Shown here piece by piece: positions 8,521 to 17,042 of a stretch of 64,000 nucleotides of DNA. The stretch is from contig JASLNT010000050.1 in the NCBI GenBank assembly GCA_030745875.1, positions 3,115 through 67,114 of the forward strand, in the 5' to 3' direction. Each line of letters begins with the position of its first letter. Positions within the stretch are counted from its first letter, which is position 1. This DNA comes from Phycisphaerae bacterium. Its GTDB lineage: Bacteria; Planctomycetota; Phycisphaerae; SM23-33. Made by a program: the position numbers and the translations under genes. The notes under the pieces are model-generated. The model worked only from the letters and a program-made list of their open reading frames with translations. It had not been told where the DNA came from and searched no databases.

Positions 8521-11500
8521 ATACAACACGGATAACAGCGGTTTGGTTTTGCGGAGTCTTCTGGTGCTGGCGGTCCTGGGGTGCGCCTTGCAGTGCGCCT
8601 TCGGAGCCGACGAGGTCGCCGACGCGCCCAAGATCTACGTGCCGTACAAGGACGTTGCGGCCGTAGTTTCAAAAACCGATCGCGCGGTTCTTATGGACCG
8701 CGCCGAATTCAACAAGCTCCTGGCGGCTGCGAAAGCGGCGAGCACAAAGGCCAAACTCACCGACAGCGCTCCGAAACTGGGGCAGATCACGCGTGGAGAT
8801 TATACCGCCGCGGTTAACGGTGAGAACCTGTCGTTGAAGGGCGATCTGGTCATAGAATCGCTCAACACCGAGCCTGTGGTCGTGGAACTGCCGTTCGGCA
8901 GGGTCGGTTTGACCGAGATATTGCTGGACGGAAAGGCCGCGCCCGCGAATTACAACACGCGAGGGCGTCTGGTGCTGATAGTCACCGGGCGAGGCGTTCA
9001 CAAGCTCACGCTGGTCGGTTCGGTGAAGCTGACGGAACTGTCGAGCGGCGGGATGCAGTTTAGCATGGTTCTTCCCACCGCAGTAGCCGGAGCGATGAAA
9101 CTCCAACTGCCCGGAGACCAGGAAGCACACGCCAACGTGCCGGTTGCCGCCACCAAGTACGACAAACAAGGCGATCGCACAATCGTCGACCTGACGCTTG
9201 GCGGATATGGTTCGCTGAGCGTAGCCCTGCTCGGAAATGGGCGGCAGGAAGATCGTAAGGCGATTCTGCTGGGCGAGTCGGCGACCACAGTAGCTCTCAC
9301 GCCGACCGGTCAGACAATGGATTGTCTCTATACTGTCCAGGTCCTCAGGAGAGGTCTGCGCGAACTGGTGTTCAGCCTCGATCCGAACTGGACAATTACG
9401 GACGTTTCGTGTCCGAGTCTGGTGCAGTGGTCCGTTGTTACTCCCGATGGAAAGGGCTCCAAGGAACTGACAGTTCGTCTGCGAAGCGCAACGCGCGGTA
9501 CGCGAGCGCTGCATATCAGGGCGTCGGCGGCTATGGGTGAGATGTCCTGGTCGAGCCCGGCGGTTTCGCTCGTCGGAGCCGGATACCAGAGGGGCTATGT
9601 GCTGGTCGATCCGGGCGAGCAACTGGCTGTGCGCGCCGAGAAACTCATCAGCGCCAGACGCCAGGACATACGAGGCGTGTCTGGAATCGCCGGTATGACG
9701 GGCTCTTCGGGCAGGCTCTACTTCCACTGGGGCGACAAGTGGTCGGTTGGGCTGCAGCTGGCCCAGATCGAGTTGCAGACCCACAGCAAGGACAAGCAGA
9801 TGTTCGTTATTTCGCCGAAGGAGTTGTCTGTGCATTTTGAGGCCGAGGTCACAGCCGTCGGGCGGGAAATGTTCGCGCTGGATTTCATCCTTCCAGGCGA
9901 GAATAGCGGGTGGGACGTTAGCAGTGTCACCGTTAACGGGTCAAAGAAGGGCTTTGAATATCGCACCGCCGCCCAGGGCGCCGGGCGTGTATTGAAACTT
10001 GAGTTAGCCCGTCCGATCGCACCTGAAGCGGTTGCGAAGGTTAACGTGTTGCTTCGACGCGTACCCGAGAAATGGAATTGGTCTTCACGAGGCGGTTCTG
10101 AGAGGGGACCCGTTGTTCGCAAAGTCGCCTTACCGTTGATTCGCTGCGCGGCTGAGAAGTGTTCGGGCCTGGCGGCGGTGGCGGTTGCAGGAGATCTCGA
10201 TGCGGAGGTTTCCACTGCGGCGGCGGAGCTTAAAGGCGTTACGGTGGGTAAGATGGCTCCGCTGGGCCTGGGGCGCAACGTCCGGGCGGCGTATACGTAT
10301 GAAACGGCGCCCAAAGGCGTGCTGGACGTGTCGGTAAGCCGACCGGAACCTCGAATCGCCGCCAATGCCGCCGCGCTGGTCTCGGTGAATCCCTCGGGTG
10401 TTTCGGGGCGATTCGCACTGACCTACAACGTAACGCGCGTAGGGACCAGAACCCTGTATATCCTGGCGGATAAGTCGCTTGGCAGGAAGCTCACTATCGT
10501 TACGCCCGGGCGCCAACTGGCGTCGCGAAGTATCGTAACGCCTGGCGCAGACACACTGGAGTTGCCCAAGAGCGTTAGCGACGCTTATAACCTGTGGCAG
10601 TTGAAACTTGACGCACAGGCTCGGGGCGGTTTGCTGGTAAAGGTCAGTTATGAGCAGGCCCTGCCCGAGGGCGAGTTTTCGGTTGCTATGGTGCGGCCGG
10701 CGGGTGCGGAGCGATCGACAGAAGTGCTCGCCATCGAAGCCACCGAGGAATTGGCGGTTAAGGTTTCGGCACGCCAGGCAAGCGATGTCGACATAAGCGA
10801 TCTGCCTCCTCTCCCGGCTCCGGCTAGAAGGGTGCTCGGGGCGTTTCGTCCGACAGACAACATGCGCGGCGCCGGACCGCTGAGCGAGATCAGCCTGACG
10901 ACCGCGGTTCACGAAAACTACATTATTCCCACCGCTCTGGTCACCGAAGCAAACCTTCGCACCGCTATAGGAGCCGATGGTTCTCAGCAGACCCGGGCGA
11001 GCCTTAAGGTGGTTAACGCGGGCTTGCAGTTCCTCACGATCAAGCTCCCGGAGCGCAGCCGACTGCTTTCGGTTCGCGTGGGCAACCAGCAAGCGAAGCT
11101 CAAACACGATTCCGCCGGTAATTACCAGGTTTCCGTGCCGCAGGGGCGCAAGCCTTTTGCTGTGGCGATGGTCTACGCCACTCCGCCCGGCGCGGAGAAG
11201 ATTCGTCTGAGCGATCTGAAGCTGATTCCCGTAGAGTTGCCCGGTCTGCATATCAACACAGCCAGGTGGACTGTTATTCCTCCATCGGGATTCTCAATAA
11301 CGTCACACGATTCGGACATGTCCCCGGATTATCCGGAGGCTCTGGCTGTCGCCAGCCCCGCAATTGTCGAGCTAGCCAACGCCGCCTCTGATTCCGCTCT
11401 CGGGAAAGGTCGCAAATCGCAGTACTACTCTGCAAGCCGTGACGAAGCTTCTCGCGATAAGGGCGAAAGCGGAGCCGATGCGATTGATCCCGGCGTGATG

Positions 11501-11668
11501 GAGGCTACGGAGGGCGCCGGGGCCGCTCCCCCCCCCCGATTCGATCGGGCGTACGGTGCAGCCTACGACTGTCGATACACCTCGACCGAGAACCCGGCCT
11601 GCAACTCCGAAGAAGCCAGTTTTCCCGGCAGGGACGAAAACGCAGGGGCGTCACACGCTGCCTGTTGA
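8507..11668 (+). CDS. giant envelope protein, paralogue unit 2; the C-terminal end as drawn is probably frame-shifted
   Basis: ATG 8507 overlaps the unit-1 stop by 14 nt, with AAGGGGG SD upstream. Signal peptide LLVLAVLGCALQCAFGA. Motif KIYVPYKDV...AEFNKLL. The last ~45 aa after the C10 run (RFDRAYGAAYDCRYTSTENPAC...) look non-native, and the expected TM module lies in the next frame. Confidence 0.75.
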   Translation: MKTTEYNTDNSGLVLRSLLVLAVLGCALQCAFGADEVADAPKIYVPYKDVAAVVSKTDRAVLMDRAEFNKLLAAAKAASTKAKLTDSAPKLGQITRGDYTAAVNGENLSLKGDLVIESLNTEPVVVELPFGRVGLTEILLDGKAAPANYNTRGRLVLIVTGRGVHKLTLVGSVKLTELSSGGMQFSMVLPTAVAGAMKLQLPGDQEAHANVPVAATKYDKQGDRTIVDLTLGGYGSLSVALLGNGRQEDRKAILLGESATTVALTPTGQTMDCLYTVQVLRRGLRELVFSLDPNWTITDVSCPSLVQWSVVTPDGKGSKELTVRLRSATRGTRALHIRASAAMGEMSWSSPAVSLVGAGYQRGYVLVDPGEQLAVRAEKLISARRQDIRGVSGIAGMTGSSGRLYFHWGDKWSVGLQLAQIELQTHSKDKQMFVISPKELSVHFEAEVTAVGREMFALDFILPGENSGWDVSSVTVNGSKKGFEYRTAAQGAGRVLKLELARPIAPEAVAKVNVLLRRVPEKWNWSSRGGSERGPVVRKVALPLIRCAAEKCSGLAAVAVAGDLDAEVSTAAAELKGVTVGKMAPLGLGRNVRAAYTYETAPKGVLDVSVSRPEPRIAANAAALVSVNPSGVSGRFALTYNVTRVGTRTLYILADKSLGRKLTIVTPGRQLASRSIVTPGADTLELPKSVSDAYNLWQLKLDAQARGGLLVKVSYEQALPEGEFSVAMVRPAGAERSTEVLAIEATEELAVKVSARQASDVDISDLPPLPAPARRVLGAFRPTDNMRGAGPLSEISLTTAVHENYIIPTALVTEANLRTAIGADGSQQTRASLKVVNAGLQFLTIKLPERSRLLSVRVGNQQAKLKHDSAGNYQVSVPQGRKPFAVAMVYATPPGAEKIRLSDLKLIPVELPGLHINTARWTVIPPSGFSITSHDSDMSPDYPEALAVASPAIVELANAASDSALGKGRKSQYYSASRDEASRDKGESGADAIDPGVMEATEGAGAAPPPRFDRAYGAAYDCRYTSTENPACNSEEASFPGRDENAGASHAAC
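11528..11537. repeat. C10 homopolymer at the unit-2/unit-3 reading-frame junction
   Basis: Counted directly: ...GGCCGCT CCCCCCCCCC GATTCG... This is the longest homopolymer I noticed in the window. Confidence 0.95.
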
Positions 11669-14600
11669 CTTGGTGGAGTCTTCGTCGGGCGGTCGAGAAA
11701 TTGTTTTCAGCGGATTGGGAAATCCGCAACTGACTATCTCACTGACGTCAAAATCCATCGGGAAAGGGCATTTGTGGATCGGATTGGCGATTGTGGGGAT
11801 CGCAGGTCTGTGTTTGTTGAATGCCGCCGTAGGCCGCAAGGTTGTATTTATCATTCTTGCCGGCAGTGCTGCGACACTGATGACGATCTGGGTTCCGTCG
11901 CTGGCGCGGGGCGCCAACGGTGCGTTCTACGCCGTCTGCCTGTTGGCGTTGTTCTATCCGGTGGTCGGTCTGTATCGCCTGATCGCCAACTCCCTGACGG
12001 GCGGCAGGTATTATGTTCGCGGGGCGGTTTTGTTGTTGGCGGCGACGGTGCTGTTTGCGACGGGCCGATCGGCTGGGGCGGCGACTAAGGGTAAGGTTTC
12101 CCGACCCGCGCCGTCGAAGACGCCTCCGGTGGTTATTCCGTACGACGGAGACCCCAGCAAGGCCGATACCGCGGGCAAAGTCCTCCTGCCATATAAGCGT
12201 TTTGTGAAGTTGTGGAATCTGTCACATCCCGACCGCAAGATCCAGTCGCCCGCCAGCGGGCTCGTTCCGAACGAGAAGGTGTCGCTGGCCGGAGTTACCT
12301 ACAGTGCTGTGGTGGCTGACAAAAAGATGAACATTACGCTTCAGGCGGAGCTAACCGCTCGGGGCAAGGGGTGGGCTGTCCTGCCGATGGGAATATCCGG
12401 TATGGCGGTGACCACCGCTACACTGGACGGTAAGCCCGCACGCCTGCAGGTTGGGCCTAGGGGGATGGTGCTGGCGGTCCAGGCTCCGGTGTCGGGCAAG
12501 TTCGTGCTGACCGGAGTGACGACGCCAAAATACATCGGCAGGAAGGGCAGGGTGAATCTTTCCCTGCCGTTGCTTCCGCTGGCGGTGATGAAAGTGCGCC
12601 TCGACGATGCGGACTTCGAACTGGAGACTCCCGGTATGGACGGTGTGCTCACCAGCAGCAAAACCGATGCGGGCGTCGTATGGACCGTGCCCCTCGGTTC
12701 GGCGCGAAAGGTCGCGTTGAATTGGTCGCCCAAAGCCGGTACGGGCGCCGCCGACCGGACGCTTTCGGTGTCTGCGACTCACGATATCGGCGTGTTCCAC
12801 TGGGCGTTGGTGGGTGTGAGCAAGATGGCGTACAGCTTCTCCGCCGGTGAGAACGACCGGTTCGAGATGCTTATCCCCGAAGGCGTGTCGATTACGAAGA
12901 TCTCCGGCGCCAACCTTCGCGATCATCGCATAGCTGGCGTTAAAACGCTGGAAGGTCGCAAGTTCAGTGTGGTTGATATTCGCCTGTATCGTCCGGCGAG
13001 CAAGGGATACAGCTTGACAGCCCACTGGATTGGCGATTTGCCCGCGATGGGGCGCCCCGAAAGGCTCTGGTTGCCTCGCGCCGGACGTGTTGGTCGTGAG
13101 GCCGGTTTTGTCCACCTGCACACCGCAGGGGGAATGGTTCTGAAAGTCACGGACGTTAAAGGCGGCAGGCGAAGAGATATCGTAGGTTCCGGACGGTCAT
13201 CCAAGAGCGCCGTTGGGACGGTTCTGGCCGATTCGACCGCGGTGGTTGCTTCCTATCAGTGGCCTTATAGAGATTTTGCGCTGAAGGTTCAGATCTCGCG
13301 ACGCCAGGCGCTGGCGAAGGTTGGTTTGGATCAGCTTGTGCGGGTAAGTTCCGATCGCGTTCAACTGCTCGCTCAGGCGACAATTACTCCCGCAGGGGAG
13401 GGCGGTAAGGGCGGTTCAAGCAGGTTCTTCGGCGCGACGTTCAACCTGCCGAATGATTACGAACTGCTGAGCGTTGTCGGTCCTGACGTTGAGGGATGGC
13501 ACGTGCAGAAATCCTCCGACGGTAAATCGCCTCGCAGACTGCACGTTGGTTTTCGGACTGCGGTGGTGAGATCGCACGTGGCGATAGTGCTTGTCCGCGA
13601 CGATGCAAAGATCGACCGCCTGGTCGTTCCTACAGTCCAAGCTGTCGACCCCGACGGGCGAGTGATAGACGATCAGTTTGGGCGTCTGGCCGTGCAGGTG
13701 GCGCCCGCTCTGGATGCGCATACGGTTTCCAGCAAGCAGTTGACCTCGATCGCGCCGTCGGCTGCCGCGGGTTGGCTCGATAAATCCCAGGTCCGAGCTG
13801 TCCAGTTCGCCTATCGTTACAGGACGCCTGCAATAGCCCTGGAGCTGGCCGTACGAAAACGCCCCACCAAGGTGCGCGTTGAGATAGTCGCCGGCGTATC
13901 GGTGCATCAGTCATCGGCGGATTACACTTATCGCCTGCGATATGCTGTTTCCGGATCGCCGATCGATCGGGTGAGTTTCACCCTTCCCGAGAAGTACGCG
14001 AAGTTGGTCGCCGTGACATCGCGCTATTTGCGGTCGGTGTCATCGGCAGGGGCTCCGGACGGCCGGAAAAAGTGGACTGTCGCACTGACCAACGAACTGA
14101 CCGGTGAGTTTGACATACTGGTGAATTTCGCCCTTCCGATAGACGCATCCACGCACAAATTGCCCGTACCCCGCGTGGTGACCCCCGCGGGCGACGGATA
14201 CCGGGCGGTGCTGGCGATTCAGAATACTTCCAGGCACGAGCTTGCGTTTACTCCGTCCAAGTCAATGAGCCCGCTTCCGGTTACGGCGCAAAAGCGCGTG
14301 CTTGGCTCCAGGGTCAGCAAATCGCTCCAGTACGTTTACCAGGCGTTCGAAGACAACTGGTCGGCGGAGTTGAAGGTCACCCCCGCCAAAGCCGCCAGCC
14401 GCATCCAGGCGATTGTCGATCTCATGGAGTTGAAGACCGTGCTTGACAAGTCCGGTCAGTGTCGCTACCAGGTCGATCTGTCGCTGCATAACCGCAGCGA
14501 ACAGTTCCTCAAAGTTAAGCTTCCAGCCGGACTAAAGTTGTGGTCGGCGCGTGTTGCCGGTCAGGCCGTCAAGCCCGTACTCCCAGCCGGTAAGTCCGGA

Positions 14601-16115
14601 GGGGACTTGGTGCACGTTCCGCTGGTGAAGACTTCGCGAGGCGGTTTGCCTTACAACATCAGGCTTTATTTGGCGGGAAAGAGCGCCCAGGGAATCTCAG
14701 GCGTATCGAGAATCAGCGCCCCGAGCATTCGCATAGTCGGCATCCCGGTCAAGCAGACCACCTGGTCGCTCAGGTTGCCCAAGGGCTTCCGGTATATCAG
14801 GCCCGAAGGCAACATGTCTCCCATCGCCGGTACGGCCGAGAGACTCAGCATCGGTATCGACGTGAAGCTCTCGCAACTCAAGAGGATGTCGAAGTCGTAC
14901 ATGGGCGCCTATAACACCGAGGCCCAGGAACAAGTGTTTCAGAAGAATTGGCGTGAGTCGAATGACGATCTGACCCGCGAGATAGCTGCGAACCAAAACT
15001 TTCTGGATCACAACCGCGATGATCTTGGTGAGAAGGCTTATCAGCGCCTGACCGGCAAGCTCCAGCAGGCCCAGGCCGGTCAGTACGGTCTGGTGCAGGG
15101 TTGGAGCAACGCGGGGTCCGCACAGATCGACGCCAGCGGTAACGTTAACCACTTCCTGAACGGCGGCACGACTAACGCCGGCGTGCTTGAAGTAGAACGC
15201 AACAACACGCTCGTGGTGATTCCGGAGTTTGTCCGGAATGCGGGCAATCTGCAGTTAACAAACATCCGCAACGAATTCGCCGGAAACGCCGCCAAACTCG
15301 CCTCTCGACGCAAGGGCGTAGCGAAGGGCGGTAAAGTCCGGAAGAAGCAACCGACTCCCGGTTATTCAAAGGGCAAGTTCCTGGCGTTGGAGGATGATGA
15401 CAAGAGCAATGAATTGAAGAAAGTGGCCGAAACTCTCGCTGGTGAACAGGAACGTCTCCTGGTCATGCGACAGGACAGGCTTCAAAAGCAGGTCAAGGAT
15501 CTGGGCGATAACCGTCTGGAGCGGTACTTTGGACGGTTGAACATCGCCCAGGGCGATCAGCAGCAAGGACAGGTCGCAGGTAACCTGGAGTTGAACGTTT
15601 CAGGCCGGAGCGTGAATGCTCCAGGCGATTGGGTGACCACATCCGCCAATGGCGCCATTATAGCAGACCCGAACGGACGAGTAGTCACCAACGGCGGTGT
15701 GATTGGAACCAGAAATGTTACTGGCGGGATTGTACTGGGCAATGACGTGACTGTCACAGGCAGCACCGGTGCTGGAACCATCTCGACCGTTGACGGGACA
15801 TTTATCTACGACGTGGGAGGCCCTGGCGGCGGCGGTGGTCGCGGTGAGGGTGACGGAGACAGGTTCGGCGCCGGTTTGGCGGCTGCGGGCGGGATGTTCT
15901 CACTACCGGTGGAACTGCCTGACAGCGGCGGGGAGGTGCTCGATTTCGCCTATCCGGGCGGTGATCCGGAAGTAAGCGTCCTGGCCGTGCCGGCGGACGT
16001 TTGGCGGGCGGGGCGGTCGACGATAGCGATACTGATCGTATTGGCGGTTGTCGGATTGGTCGCGCTGGTCATTCGCAGGATAACAGGAAGATCGCGCCGC
16101 GCTGCGGCGGCGTGA
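11556..16115 (+). CDS. giant envelope protein, paralogue unit 3; its first ~170 aa look like the missing C-terminal TM module of unit 2
   Basis: 1519-aa ORF called from GTG 11556; the frame is open back to 11499. Residues ~30-170 (TLPVDLVESSSGGREIVFSG... plus four hydrophobic helices) resemble the C-terminal modules of units 1 and 3. The last helix (GAVLLLAATVLFATGRSAGA) looks like a signal peptide and precedes VVIPYDGDP...KVLLPYKRFVKLW. The C-terminus has a Gly-rich segment, one TM helix and an Arg-rich tail. Confidence 0.8.
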   Translation: MQPTTVDTPRPRTRPATPKKPVFPAGTKTQGRHTLPVDLVESSSGGREIVFSGLGNPQLTISLTSKSIGKGHLWIGLAIVGIAGLCLLNAAVGRKVVFIILAGSAATLMTIWVPSLARGANGAFYAVCLLALFYPVVGLYRLIANSLTGGRYYVRGAVLLLAATVLFATGRSAGAATKGKVSRPAPSKTPPVVIPYDGDPSKADTAGKVLLPYKRFVKLWNLSHPDRKIQSPASGLVPNEKVSLAGVTYSAVVADKKMNITLQAELTARGKGWAVLPMGISGMAVTTATLDGKPARLQVGPRGMVLAVQAPVSGKFVLTGVTTPKYIGRKGRVNLSLPLLPLAVMKVRLDDADFELETPGMDGVLTSSKTDAGVVWTVPLGSARKVALNWSPKAGTGAADRTLSVSATHDIGVFHWALVGVSKMAYSFSAGENDRFEMLIPEGVSITKISGANLRDHRIAGVKTLEGRKFSVVDIRLYRPASKGYSLTAHWIGDLPAMGRPERLWLPRAGRVGREAGFVHLHTAGGMVLKVTDVKGGRRRDIVGSGRSSKSAVGTVLADSTAVVASYQWPYRDFALKVQISRRQALAKVGLDQLVRVSSDRVQLLAQATITPAGEGGKGGSSRFFGATFNLPNDYELLSVVGPDVEGWHVQKSSDGKSPRRLHVGFRTAVVRSHVAIVLVRDDAKIDRLVVPTVQAVDPDGRVIDDQFGRLAVQVAPALDAHTVSSKQLTSIAPSAAAGWLDKSQVRAVQFAYRYRTPAIALELAVRKRPTKVRVEIVAGVSVHQSSADYTYRLRYAVSGSPIDRVSFTLPEKYAKLVAVTSRYLRSVSSAGAPDGRKKWTVALTNELTGEFDILVNFALPIDASTHKLPVPRVVTPAGDGYRAVLAIQNTSRHELAFTPSKSMSPLPVTAQKRVLGSRVSKSLQYVYQAFEDNWSAELKVTPAKAASRIQAIVDLMELKTVLDKSGQCRYQVDLSLHNRSEQFLKVKLPAGLKLWSARVAGQAVKPVLPAGKSGGDLVHVPLVKTSRGGLPYNIRLYLAGKSAQGISGVSRISAPSIRIVGIPVKQTTWSLRLPKGFRYIRPEGNMSPIAGTAERLSIGIDVKLSQLKRMSKSYMGAYNTEAQEQVFQKNWRESNDDLTREIAANQNFLDHNRDDLGEKAYQRLTGKLQQAQAGQYGLVQGWSNAGSAQIDASGNVNHFLNGGTTNAGVLEVERNNTLVVIPEFVRNAGNLQLTNIRNEFAGNAAKLASRRKGVAKGGKVRKKQPTPGYSKGKFLALEDDDKSNELKKVAETLAGEQERLLVMRQDRLQKQVKDLGDNRLERYFGRLNIAQGDQQQGQVAGNLELNVSGRSVNAPGDWVTTSANGAIIADPNGRVVTNGGVIGTRNVTGGIVLGNDVTVTGSTGAGTISTVDGTFIYDVGGPGGGGGRGEGDGDRFGAGLAAAGGMFSLPVELPDSGGEVLDFAYPGGDPEVSVLAVPADVWRAGRSTIAILIVLAVVGLVALVIRRITGRSRRAAAA

Positions 16116-16139
16116 TTTTCCCGATGATCGAGCCGATGG

Positions 16140-16946
16140 TTACGGTTCCTGCGGCGGTATCGAGTTGTGCCTGTCCATCGCCAGCTTTCCGCGGATCGAT
16201 TCGAGTCTCTGGGACTGCTTTCCGACCCGGCTGACCAGCAGCGACATCGGTTGGCGCCGGTGATCGCGGAAGGTGATGATTATCCGTCCGAACCCGAACA
16301 GCCGTTCGAGGAAGTCGCCGGTGTCCACTCGCGTGGAGTACTCTTCGCGGGAGATCTGCTCGCCGGTTTCGGTCGGACCGGTCTGGATGTTCATGTAGTT
16401 CGGCGTGATAGCAACGTAGTAGAACAGTCCTCGCAGATACGATATCATCACCGCGACTGAAAACAGGCCCGCGATCAGCAGGTAACCCATCCAATCAATG
16501 GCGATGCCGATGTGGCGGAATGACCGTACGAACGGTTCGACCCATCCCAGGAACAGCAGCCACAGGAATATCGCCAAAACACACAGTATCAGGATCAGCA
16601 GTACTTTTATGCTGACGACGTATTCGTCGACCAGGAAGTTTATCGTGAATATCGCAAACCATATTCCACCGATTACCGGGACGGCTCCGTCGGTGAGAAC
16701 GTCCATCTGTACGAGCCCGACAATCAGGCTCGCAATCAGCGACGCGAAGATGGTCGGTACGTAGAGGACCTTGCGGCTCCAGTCGAATGTGACCAGCCAC
16801 TCGTTTATGTCCGGATCCTCGCGTATCTGCTTGCTCACGCGGAGGCGCGTGCGGATCGTCTTTTTCAGCAGGATGAATGTCAGGATTCCCCCGCCCAGGA
16901 CGATAAACGGAACGGCGAAAACGATAATTTTCGATATTGACCACAT
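16140..16946 (-). CDS. multi-pass membrane protein with C-terminal bPH_2 (YdbS/YdbT-like PH) domain
   Basis: Several hydrophobic helices. The C-terminal ...DFLERLFGFGRIIITFRDH... resembles the bacterial PH-domain family. ATG 16946 is preceded by AAAGGTGA; the track start was GTG 16955. Confidence 0.6.
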   Translation of the reverse strand: MWSISKIIVFAVPFIVLGGGILTFILLKKTIRTRLRVSKQIREDPDINEWLVTFDWSRKVLYVPTIFASLIASLIVGLVQMDVLTDGAVPVIGGIWFAIFTINFLVDEYVVSIKVLLILILCVLAIFLWLLFLGWVEPFVRSFRHIGIAIDWMGYLLIAGLFSVAVMISYLRGLFYYVAITPNYMNIQTGPTETGEQISREEYSTRVDTGDFLERLFGFGRIIITFRDHRRQPMSLLVSRVGKQSQRLESIRGKLAMDRHNSIPPQEP

Positions 16947-17042
16947 CGGCGTCACCTTTCACTATTTAAGCGTTAGGACTATTACCCGCAATCGATGACT
17001 ATGATTCTTGACTTCCGAGCTCAGTTGTCAAGTGTCAAGCGC

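Noticed and set aside
7048-13121. Long antisense ORFs inside the giant-protein operon: 7048..8079 (343 aa), 8669..9835 (388 aa), 10130..11251 (373 aa) and 12351..13121 (256 aa), all on the minus strand.
   Set aside because: They are R/P/G/H-rich with no SD, no signal peptide and no motifs. They lie opposite ORFs that are supported by three-way paralogy. These are typical stop-poor shadow frames in high-GC DNA.
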